DNA of 64,000 nt from a virus (Duplodnaviria; Caudoviricetes). The number at the start of each line of letters is the position of its first letter. Position 1 is the stretch's first letter. Where the stretch lies: positions 1 to 64,000 of the IMG/VR virus record IMGVR_UViG_3300017778_007091. The stretch is one strand, 5' to 3'. The notes beneath the pieces were generated by a model. It did not search any database, had not been told where the DNA came from, and was given only the letters and a program-made list of their open reading frames with translations. Position numbers and translations under genes: made by a program. Below, piece after piece: positions 1 to 7,923 of the stretch.

Positions 1-1040
1 CACTCTATCTCAAGGTCTACAAGATCGTCCATGAGACGCTGTGCCTTCATGACGACGTCATTGAATTGATCAAAATTAAACCGAGCGTTATCTGTGAACG
101 GGTCCATGACAAATGAAGTTAAATTGACGACCATTAGGCGACAACTGTCGTATGGGCTGAGTGGGATCTCGCCGCATGGGTTCGTGGAAATCGTCTTGTA
201 TCCGACATCTCGATATCGGTCAACGATTCCCTGGTTGACTACAGTATCCCAGAAGAGTGCGCCTGGTTCAGCCGATGTCCAAGCAGCATCGACAAACTTA
301 TCCCAGACCTGCTTCGCATCAACCATCTTGACGATCTCAGCATCCTCAGGACGAGCCTCAACCGGCCAGCGAAGGCAGAAGCCTGTGTTACCTTCCACTG
401 CCTGCATAAACTCGTCAGTGAAGCGGATGGAGATGTTAGCACCCGTCACCTTCTTTAGGTCACGCTTGATGTCGATGAAGGTCTCGATCTCAGGATGACG
501 ACAGTCAATGGTGAGCATGAGCGCACCGCGACGACCACCCTGCGCGACCTCACGGGTGGAGTTGCTGAAGCGCTCCATGAAGACGCCGATGCCATCGGTG
601 GTGCGTGCTGCGTTGGTGGTGGGCTGTCCCTTTGGTCGAATGTTCGACACATCCATACCAACACCTCCGCGGCGTTTCATGATCTGCACCTGCTCCTGGT
701 CTGCGAACAGAATACCACCGTAAGAATCGTGAGGTTGGTCAATGACAAAACAATTTGACAGCGACTGAAGCTGGTATGGATTACCGATACCTGAGAGGGG
801 TGACCCCTGTGGAACGACTTTCTTGAAGCCGTCTAGTAGGCCGAAGATCTCATCTTCTGTCATCGGGTTTGGGTATTTAGCCTCCACCCTTGCAAATTCC
901 TTTGCCAGACGACGAAATGTGTCTGTGGGTAGTGTTTCAAGCCGTTCTCCATCAACATCACGCAATGCGTATTTGTTGAAAACATCGGCAGCAAGATCAT
1001 CACCGCCGAAATACTCGACGACTCTATCGTTCAAAGACAT
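1..1040 (-). CDS. nrdJ: Class II (adenosylcobalamin-dependent) ribonucleotide reductase, N-terminal 346 codons, truncated by the window edge
   Basis: Not in the ORF track; translated by hand from ATG at 1040 (SD GGAG): MSLNDRVVEYFGGDDLAADVF...SLSNCFVI...KRRGGVG...EVAQGGRRGALM...GANISI...SAEPG...STNPCGEIPLSPYDSCRL. Contains the RNR NPCGE catalytic finger and the NCF cysteine. No stop codon before position 1. Confidence 0.9.
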   Translation of the reverse strand, partial: MSLNDRVVEYFGGDDLAADVFNKYALRDVDGERLETLPTDTFRRLAKEFARVEAKYPNPMTEDEIFGLLDGFKKVVPQGSPLSGIGNPYQLQSLSNCFVIDQPHDSYGGILFADQEQVQIMKRRGGVGMDVSNIRPKGQPTTNAARTTDGIGVFMERFSNSTREVAQGGRRGALMLTIDCRHPEIETFIDIKRDLKKVTGANISIRFTDEFMQAVEGNTGFCLRWPVEARPEDAEIVKMVDAKQVWDKFVDAAWTSAEPGALFWDTVVNQGIVDRYRDVGYKTISTNPCGEIPLSPYDSCRLMVVNLTSFVMDPFTDNARFNFDQFNDVVMKAQRLMDDLVDLEIE

Positions 1041-1071
1041 GATAAGACTCCAACATTAAAATACCTTCATT

Positions 1072-2442
1072 TTACTTAGCGTTAACTTCGTCCCATTTTT
1101 CTTTGAGAAGCTTTTTCATTCCGTGTCCATCAGATTTGATGGCATCATCTAACGTCATTTCATTAGAATCCGTTAACCTAAATTTAGACATTGAAGTATC
1201 AATTTGCATAGGGTAGAGCATGCCATCGCGGCCGGCACGATTTTTTGCCACAAAGATACGTCCGGCACCTGTTGCTTTTTCATTTGGTTTACGGGAGATT
1301 GAAAGAACGACGTCAGCAACCATTGCTTTACCGTAAGCCTCAGACATGTTCTCGAGACCCACAATTTCTGAATTTGATGCTTCACGATTTGCCTGCGATG
1401 CTGTCCAGATTGGAACATTGAGATCCATTGCTACATTACGCAACTCTTCATAAACTAACTTCAGTTCGTGTCGAAGTGAATCAAACCTACGTGATGACTT
1501 CATAATGTCTGCGTAATCGATCACGATGACACTCGGCACGAAAGATTTAAGCAGAAGCTTCTCAATATGATTACGCAAAGTCTGAACTGATGCAGTACCT
1601 GTTGGATATTCCTTGATAATCAGGCGGCCTAAAGTGTTATTCTTATAGAATTCTAGCACTTCTTCCTTACGATCAATTACGTCGCTGCTTGGAATATTGC
1701 AGAGATTAGAGTCATAACGAAGTCCAACAGCTGTCTCAGATAGCTCAAAGGTATAGTGAACGACATTTTTGCCTGCACGAAGAGCCTCCGCGCCCATCTG
1801 GACAAGAAAGTGTGACTTACCGACACCTGTCGGTGCAACAACTACACCTAACTCACCTCTGCCTAAACCGCCGTTTAAGACATCTTGCGCATCAATTTGA
1901 GGAAGTCCTGTTGGGCATGTCAAACGACGTGTTCTAATAAACCTTGCCTCAGAATCCACAAAGAAGTCATGACCAATTGCAGCAGGTGTGCCTGCTGCCA
2001 AAGCATTCTTCATAAGGTCAACGACAGAGTCAATGTTGTCTGTTGCAATAAGCTCAACAGCTTTTTCAAGCGCTTCCCGCATCGCTTGCTTTTTGCAAAA
2101 ATCCAAAGACTTGTCTTTAACAAATTGCAGGTCACCCATGTCTGGGTTGACACGAATCCGTTGGAGAAATTCCACGATCTGGTCGCGAAGAATCGTGTCT
2201 TTACCCTCTTTAAGGTCGTCACGAATGATTGTGACAAGGAGATTAAGAGTAGGAAAGTCTTTGTACTTCTGGTGATAACCAAAATATGACTTGCAAAGAT
2301 ACTGCAGATACTTTAGATCAAAGTATTCTGGAGTCATGATCTCTGTCATCTGTGTTGCCCAAGACCTGTCTGTCAACAGGCCTTGAAAGATCTTTTCCTG
2401 AAAGCTTTTACCGTACTGACTGAAGTGTGCGGTCCCCGACAC
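1072..2442 (-). CDS. dnaB: Replicative DNA helicase, DnaB/T4 gp41-like
   Basis: Walker A APTGVGKS, Walker B IVIDYAD, TASQANR and KNRAG motifs; GTG start coupled to the upstream gene's stop. Confidence 0.93.
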   Translation of the reverse strand: MSGTAHFSQYGKSFQEKIFQGLLTDRSWATQMTEIMTPEYFDLKYLQYLCKSYFGYHQKYKDFPTLNLLVTIIRDDLKEGKDTILRDQIVEFLQRIRVNPDMGDLQFVKDKSLDFCKKQAMREALEKAVELIATDNIDSVVDLMKNALAAGTPAAIGHDFFVDSEARFIRTRRLTCPTGLPQIDAQDVLNGGLGRGELGVVVAPTGVGKSHFLVQMGAEALRAGKNVVHYTFELSETAVGLRYDSNLCNIPSSDVIDRKEEVLEFYKNNTLGRLIIKEYPTGTASVQTLRNHIEKLLLKSFVPSVIVIDYADIMKSSRRFDSLRHELKLVYEELRNVAMDLNVPIWTASQANREASNSEIVGLENMSEAYGKAMVADVVLSISRKPNEKATGAGRIFVAKNRAGRDGMLYPMQIDTSMSKFRLTDSNEMTLDDAIKSDGHGMKKLLKEKWDEVNAK

Positions 2443-2443
2443 T

Positions 2444-3403
2444 TTATGCTCCGATGTGACTAAATGTGTAGAAAATCAAGTCTGCATTAAATGTTTGAAT
2501 GCCTAGCTTTAATAGCTGTCGTATGAATCCTATCTTGTCTCGATCAGTCTTACAACCTGTGCACTGGTCTTGGATCTTTTTAATCTGTGTGCCTGACAGG
2601 ATTCCCGTGTCAAGATGCACAAGCTTCCAGTTCCTGCGGATGATTGATTCGTTGGCAATAATCTCTCCAGGCGCCTTGACCTTAGAATTTACGGCAAGCT
2701 CTCGAGCCTCATTTAAAAAATCATCTAGCATAACTGGTTTTGCGTCTGTTAAACTAGAAAATCGCTTAGATAGGGTTTTAAACTTAACACCTGAAATTCC
2801 TGGAATGTTATCTGAAGGATCTCCGCAAACAGACTTTGCGAGAGCAAAATTATTAGGATGGATTGAGAACCGTTCTAGGACATCTTGAATCTGTATAATC
2901 TTCTTGGATGTTGGAGAGTAGATGACTGTCTTGTCAGACACAAGCTGGTAGTAGTCTTTGTCTGAAGAGAGAATAACATGCAGGTCATCGGGATGTTCGT
3001 ATCTGCAGATATATGCGATGACATCATCAGCTTCGCAATCAGGCACATATAGTTGGTTGATAGGCAGCATCTTTAGAAGACCGACCAACATCTTGATCTG
3101 GTTGTCATGATCAGAGACTGTGGTTTTGATCTCATCTGCATATATTCGATTCAAGCGTTCAGGTCTACGATGTGCCTTGTAATCCGGAAAAATATCACGA
3201 CGCCGGGAAGAACCGCCGCCTTCCCACACGACATACACCTTGTGAGGCTTAAACCTCTGCACAATGGCATTAAGGTCGTATAGAGAGCCGACGATTCCTC
3301 CCACGTGGTTGCCATTTGAACCCATTGCTGGGTTGGCAGTGAAGTGGCGAAGGAATAGATTGAGTCCATCAACTAGAAGGACAGTTCCTTCGCCTTGCAT
3401 CAC
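2444..3403 (-). CDS. 5'-3' exonuclease / flap endonuclease (T4 RNase H or Pol I 5'-nuclease-like)
   Basis: LVDGLN, YKAHR, EADDVIA, SSDKDYYQL and GDPSDNIPG motifs. Confidence 0.92.
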   Translation of the reverse strand: MMQGEGTVLLVDGLNLFLRHFTANPAMGSNGNHVGGIVGSLYDLNAIVQRFKPHKVYVVWEGGGSSRRRDIFPDYKAHRRPERLNRIYADEIKTTVSDHDNQIKMLVGLLKMLPINQLYVPDCEADDVIAYICRYEHPDDLHVILSSDKDYYQLVSDKTVIYSPTSKKIIQIQDVLERFSIHPNNFALAKSVCGDPSDNIPGISGVKFKTLSKRFSSLTDAKPVMLDDFLNEARELAVNSKVKAPGEIIANESIIRRNWKLVHLDTGILSGTQIKKIQDQCTGCKTDRDKIGFIRQLLKLGIQTFNADLIFYTFSHIGA

Positions 3404-4551
3404 TCAGACTCCTCTTCTGCAGTCTCAAAATTAGTAGGATCGTCCTTCGACCTCACCATAACTGCCTCAATAAGATCGTCAAGATACTCCCTGTAGTCAG
3501 GATTTTTGAGTAGATCTCCAAACTCTGACTTGTAGAACTTCTTCTCGATGATCGTTCTTCCTTCGACTGCATCTGTCACAGTAAAGACCTTCCACTGAGT
3601 TGTTCCTGACACACAGATGATCTTTCCATTGATCTCGCGCTCGCCGGCTTCACGTAAGACATCAAAGATTTCCTCATGTTCCACAATGCCTTTGCCGAAG
3701 TGGATCTGAAAATTAGCAGTCCTGAATGGTGGTGCGACTTTATTCTTGACTGTCTTTGCTGAGACGTTGATTCCGATGATATCGCCATTCTTGTTTTGGA
3801 TCTGTTGACCTGCTCCAAGCTTGATGCGAGTTGACGCGTGGAATGGAATAGCCATGCCGCCCGGGACTGTCATTGGGTCTCCATGCAGAACTCCAATCTT
3901 TGTCCTGATCTGGTTTAGACAGATCATGAGGACAGACTGATCGCCAATGACGCCTGTGATCTTTCTCATGCCCTTGGAAATTGCTCGGGCCTGAAGACCG
4001 ATTGTCTCCTTGTCGTAGTCGCCTAACAGCTCGGCCTTGGGTGAAGATGCAGCGACGCTGTCCCAGATAATCGTGATGGGAACGTTCTTCTGCATAGCCT
4101 TTGCTTTGATAATAGTCTTTTCTGCAACGTCAAATACTTCTTCCGTGCAGTGTGTGTCGACATACACGAATCGTTTAGTCACATCAACGCCTAGAGACTG
4201 GAGATTCTCAACAGATGTTGCATTCTCCGTGTCAATGTAGACGCAGATCCCACCCATCTGTTGAGTGCTTCGAGCGATCTGTGTTGCAATGTGTGACTTG
4301 CCTATCGAGGGTGGCCCGAAAATCTCAATAATACGACCCTCAGGAAGGCCACCATTGCGCCTGTTTGCTACAATATAATCAAGAATCGTCGAACCTGTCG
4401 AGATCCACCGCTTAACATGAGTGGGTGACTCATCTTCAGCAAGGTTGTATGCGATACGAGATCCGTTCTCTTTATTGAGCGAAGAGATCAATTCAGCGGT
4501 GAAATCTCCTGTGACTTCATCGCTCCTTTTTTCTTTACTTGGTCTTGCCAT
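3400..4551 (-). CDS. recA: RecA/UvsX-like recombinase
   Basis: Walker A GPPSIGKS, YIDTE, WDSVAA, GLQAR, NQIRTKIG and PGG..IPFHAS.RI motifs; SD GAAGGAG. Confidence 0.93.
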   Translation of the reverse strand: MARPSKEKRSDEVTGDFTAELISSLNKENGSRIAYNLAEDESPTHVKRWISTGSTILDYIVANRRNGGLPEGRIIEIFGPPSIGKSHIATQIARSTQQMGGICVYIDTENATSVENLQSLGVDVTKRFVYVDTHCTEEVFDVAEKTIIKAKAMQKNVPITIIWDSVAASSPKAELLGDYDKETIGLQARAISKGMRKITGVIGDQSVLMICLNQIRTKIGVLHGDPMTVPGGMAIPFHASTRIKLGAGQQIQNKNGDIIGINVSAKTVKNKVAPPFRTANFQIHFGKGIVEHEEIFDVLREAGEREINGKIICVSGTTQWKVFTVTDAVEGRTIIEKKFYKSEFGDLLKNPDYREYLDDLIEAVMVRSKDDPTNFETAEEESE

Positions 4552-4576
4552 TTAAGCTCCTTCAGTAGAAACAATA

Positions 4577-4608
4577 CAGGGGCAGGTGTTGAATTACACC
4601 TGCCCCTG
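4577..4608 (-). terminator. Intrinsic terminator downstream of SSB
   Basis: Perfect 13-bp stem CAGGGGCAGGTGT/ACACCTGCCCCTG followed by TATTGTTTCT on the minus strand. Confidence 0.75.
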
Positions 4609-4614
4609 AAATCT

Positions 4615-5433
4615 TTAGTCACCCATCAAGTCAGAGAATGCATCATCAATGGACTTATAAGACTTGTTAGTTGCAGTCTTTGGAGCAGTTGCCTTAGTTG
4701 CAGGAACATCTTCATCTTCGTCAGTCGTAGTAGTTAACTGCGTTGTTCCTCCGCGTGTTGTTCCGTCACTATCGGGCATTCCACCATTGATCCAGTCATT
4801 CACGATCTTGCTGAGCTCATCGGGTGTCTTGAGCTCATAGAGCTTAGAAACGTCTGGGATGTTGCCGAGCCAAGTCTTTGCAGTCGCCTGGTTGTTGTTA
4901 AGCGGAGATGCCTTGCCTCGTGGCATGACCTCAGTCTCGGTGTATTTCTTTCCGTTAGGCTTGAAGCAACGGACCTTAACATCACGACCACCCTCTGGAT
5001 CGGTGATGTCTCCGTAATCCTCATCGACCATGATCGCGAGAAGTGACTGGTAGACCTGCTTGCCGAATGCCCAAAGCTGGACGCCCTTGTCCTCTTCACC
5101 ACGAACGATGACTGGAGCGTAGCAACGCATCTTCGGGTAGAGCTTCTTAGCAAGCTCATAGGACTCCTTGGTACTCTCATCACGAAGCTTGTTGATCAGG
5201 TCCTGAATAGGATCTGCCTTCCCGTACTGGTAAGGTGCAAGGAGGCCTGGGTTGTTACCGATGTTGTAGTAGAACCAGAGCTCCTTGAAGGGTTGACCGT
5301 CGTTGTTCGGGAACGAAAGGAGGCGGACTGTGTATTCCTCGCCTTCCTTGGGCTTCCAAGAAGAATTGCTCTTCTTGTTGTTTCCGGAGAGATTGTCAAG
5401 CTTCTTGCGAATTGCGTCAAAATTGATTGCCAT
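4615..5433 (-). CDS. gp32: Single-stranded DNA-binding protein, T4 gp32-like
   Basis: WKP..G..TVRLL, PF...WFYY and WAFGKQVY motifs; acidic C-terminal tail DDAFSDLMGD; adjacent to the recombinase. Confidence 0.85.
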   Translation of the reverse strand: MAINFDAIRKKLDNLSGNNKKSNSSWKPKEGEEYTVRLLSFPNNDGQPFKELWFYYNIGNNPGLLAPYQYGKADPIQDLINKLRDESTKESYELAKKLYPKMRCYAPVIVRGEEDKGVQLWAFGKQVYQSLLAIMVDEDYGDITDPEGGRDVKVRCFKPNGKKYTETEVMPRGKASPLNNNQATAKTWLGNIPDVSKLYELKTPDELSKIVNDWINGGMPDSDGTTRGGTTQLTTTTDEDEDVPATKATAPKTATNKSYKSIDDAFSDLMGD

Positions 5434-5548
5434 GATTTTTTGTTTTTCCTAGTTAGTAGTAGTTAATGATTAATGTGCAACTTACAGCTTCCAATTTGTA
5501 ATCTACGATGTGTAGCTTATTTGGTTGGTGAGGTAAGCTCACTAGGTT

Positions 5549-5577
5549 ATAATAAACCTAGATGAGGGGGTGTTCAA
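5549..5577 (-). promoter_or_regulatory. Sigma70-like promoter for SSB (TTGAAC-N17-TATTAT)
   Basis: -35 at 5572-5577, -10 at 5549-5554, 17-nt spacer; the -10 box is the loop of the inverted repeat CTAGGTT/AACCTAG. Confidence 0.55.
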
Positions 5578-6161
5578 GGTTTTGGTTTAATTTTAAGAGG
5601 ATCTTTGAGATAAGTTCCTCCATAAGGTTTTGCCATTTTCTTGTAAAAATCTTTCTTACGTGAAGGTCCAGCACCGAGTGGGAGTGTATAGCCTGCGATA
5701 GCGCCGGCTCCGCTAAACTCTTCAAGTTCTTCTTCGTCATCTTGATCAAGGCCTAATAGCATGTCAACATATTCATTGAGGCGTTGTTCAAATTGCATCG
5801 AGACTGAGGATATTGCCTTGGCACCAAACTCTTCAAAATCTTTAAGATTTGCTTGATTCAGGCCTTTCATTTTCACGTTTCTTGAGAGGCGCCGAGGTCC
5901 AGCAATTTTTCTTGAAGTAATGCTATCAAAATTAAATGTGTCCCCAGCATCTTCTCTGTCGTCAACTTGGTGTCTTCCTAACTTGTAGGAATAAGTCGAG
6001 TCTGCAGATCCTTCAAACCCGCCTTGACTTCTAAAAGGCTTCGGCAAGTAAGGCTTGCCAATGCGCTGTGCAGCATCGTCTCCGCCGCCAATAGCACCCG
6101 CTACAGGTATTCCTATGCCCCTAGAAGAGTATTGATTTCTCTCGCCTTCTGCTTTTGCCAT
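5574..6161 (-). CDS. Hypothetical Gly/Pro-rich protein, possible internal head protein
   Basis: 195-aa ORF filling the gap; late-type motif GATATTTA 5 nt before ATG; acidic patch followed by ELEEFSGAGAIAGYTLPLG. Confidence 0.7.
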   Translation of the reverse strand: MAKAEGERNQYSSRGIGIPVAGAIGGGDDAAQRIGKPYLPKPFRSQGGFEGSADSTYSYKLGRHQVDDREDAGDTFNFDSITSRKIAGPRRLSRNVKMKGLNQANLKDFEEFGAKAISSVSMQFEQRLNEYVDMLLGLDQDDEEELEEFSGAGAIAGYTLPLGAGPSRKKDFYKKMAKPYGGTYLKDPLKIKPKP

Positions 6162-6165
6162 AATA

Positions 6166-6741
6166 CTAAATATCTTCTTCCTTCATAATCGCCATCCTAA
6201 CTGCAGACTGCAGAATAATCGCAAGATTGTTTTCACAACCCATGTAGAAACGATTCTCCTCAGTAGCAGTGCCGCGTTGTGTTAGAATTGCAATCCACTC
6301 GTCCATTGACAGATTTATTCCATTCGCCTGGAGTAGGAAAAGCGTCCTATGCTCGTGAGTCATCTTGGGGAGGTCGGGATTGTACGTATAGACTTGACCT
6401 CGTTCGCGGTGCCATGAAGAGTCCTGTGCCACAAAGTAGTCTTTCTCGTCATCGCCAATCTTTCCGATTTCATGAAGGAGGCAGACAACAGCGAGACTTT
6501 CTGTGTTGATGCTGGTACCTGTTGCCTCGACAAGTTTCCTTGCGATCTTGAATGTATTAAGCGAATGTTCAACAAGACCTCCCGGGGAAGCTGTCGTTCG
6601 TTTCACAAGGTTGTGTGAAGGGCAGACAGCGATGCGCTCACTGTGCCTGGATACAAAATCATTGATTGCGGTGGCACGAGATCCTGTCTTTGACAGGATC
6701 TTTTGGAACATCTCGAAATTACTGATGATCTTTTCTTCCAT
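6166..6741 (-). CDS. HD-domain protein, apparently catalytically degenerate
   Basis: VEHS...LLHEIGKIG layout of HD proteins, but HD is HE and no terminal Asp is present (QSAV). Confidence 0.7.
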   Translation of the reverse strand: MEEKIISNFEMFQKILSKTGSRATAINDFVSRHSERIAVCPSHNLVKRTTASPGGLVEHSLNTFKIARKLVEATGTSINTESLAVVCLLHEIGKIGDDEKDYFVAQDSSWHRERGQVYTYNPDLPKMTHEHRTLFLLQANGINLSMDEWIAILTQRGTATEENRFYMGCENNLAIILQSAVRMAIMKEEDI

Positions 6742-7891
6742 TGAATACCTTCATTGTTGTGTAGAAGTTTGTTTTGAGGCTTGGGATGTATAGACCATTC
6801 TTGCAGGCAGACGTGAGTTTTTCAAGGTCGTCTTTGTGAATATCGACAACCATTTCATCGTGAAGCAAGAATACAGGTCTGACGTATGGGTTATCTTGCA
6901 CAAATTTTAAGAAACCATCACAAGCCACGTCGACTGCAGTTGACTGTGTGTAATGATTGACAAACAGGCTTTCATTGTCGCATTTGAGAGGTCGACCGTA
7001 GTAATTTGCAATCTGGTCACCAGACACGTCTGATTTAATCTTCTTGAGCATTGATTTGACACATAACGCATCTTGTAAGCGATCATAGATAACATCGGGA
7101 TTTGGTGTCTCGATAAATTTGACTATGAAATTCTTCCTTGACATTCCATACAAGACTGATAGGATCATTAATTTTAATGTTGATCGTTGTAGACGACTGT
7201 CCTGTATCTTGTCACCAATAGACGCATAAATGTCCTGTGGGAGATCCTTTTCACCCATCAAAGTCATTATGACTCGAGGCTCAAGCGCACTATAGTCAAT
7301 GCTAATTAGTTCACCATCAATACCCCACTTTGACCTAAAGACGTGCCGAAGACGCTTATCAAGCGTCATAATCTTAGGACCTGACTTTACAGACATCCGC
7401 CCAGTTGACGAACTGTAGTTGTCGTACTCCACAATCTTGCATTTGCCTAATTCATCTGGCATCAAGGCGCTTGAGTCGTTTTCATCGACTAAATGAACTG
7501 CAGATTTATCTGCATAAACAGCGTCAATCTTGTCAATTAAGAGGTTCTGGACTTGATACTGTGTGAGAAAATACTCGTTTGCATTCAATGCATTTTTGCA
7601 ATCTGCAATAATTCTTTTGATGTTTTCAGTAAAGAGTTTTTTACCTAAAACGTGATCATAGCGAATGCGATCTGTGTAAGATGACCACCAAGCGATTCTT
7701 GGGTCTACAGAAGCAGTCCTAACTGGGCGACTTGATGCATCGCCAATTCTGGAAATTGACCGATGTGCTTTGTCACACAAGTGCCACATGTCATCAGACA
7801 GTTTTGTTGCTGTTGAAACAGTGATTTTATCATCGTCTACTATGATGTCTTTATCAAATCCAGCGACATGACCGGGTATGAATATTGTCAC
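6719..7891 (-). CDS. polA: Minimal family A DNA polymerase (polymerase domain only)
   Basis: TGR; motif A DYSALEPRV; motif B RSTLKLMILSVLYGM; NHYTQSTAVD; motif C LHDE; 390 aa with no recognisable exonuclease domains. Confidence 0.85.
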   Translation of the reverse strand: MTIFIPGHVAGFDKDIIVDDDKITVSTATKLSDDMWHLCDKAHRSISRIGDASSRPVRTASVDPRIAWWSSYTDRIRYDHVLGKKLFTENIKRIIADCKNALNANEYFLTQYQVQNLLIDKIDAVYADKSAVHLVDENDSSALMPDELGKCKIVEYDNYSSSTGRMSVKSGPKIMTLDKRLRHVFRSKWGIDGELISIDYSALEPRVIMTLMGEKDLPQDIYASIGDKIQDSRLQRSTLKLMILSVLYGMSRKNFIVKFIETPNPDVIYDRLQDALCVKSMLKKIKSDVSGDQIANYYGRPLKCDNESLFVNHYTQSTAVDVACDGFLKFVQDNPYVRPVFLLHDEMVVDIHKDDLEKLTSACKNGLYIPSLKTNFYTTMKVFNGRKDHQ

Positions 7892-7896
7892 ATAGA

Positions 7897-7923
7897 ATTA
7901 TAATCTTAATGTAGAAATTTACA
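7897..7923 (-). promoter_or_regulatory. Putative middle promoter TGTAAA-N15-TATAAT, 5 nt upstream of the polA GTG
   Basis: Perfect -10 box at 7897-7902; the same architecture occurs upstream of the primase and SbcCD genes. Confidence 0.5.

Noticed and set aside
6166-7891. 2-aminoadenine (Z-genome) system
   Set aside because: No purZ in the window and the HD protein lacks catalytic residues; kept only as a low-weight analogy
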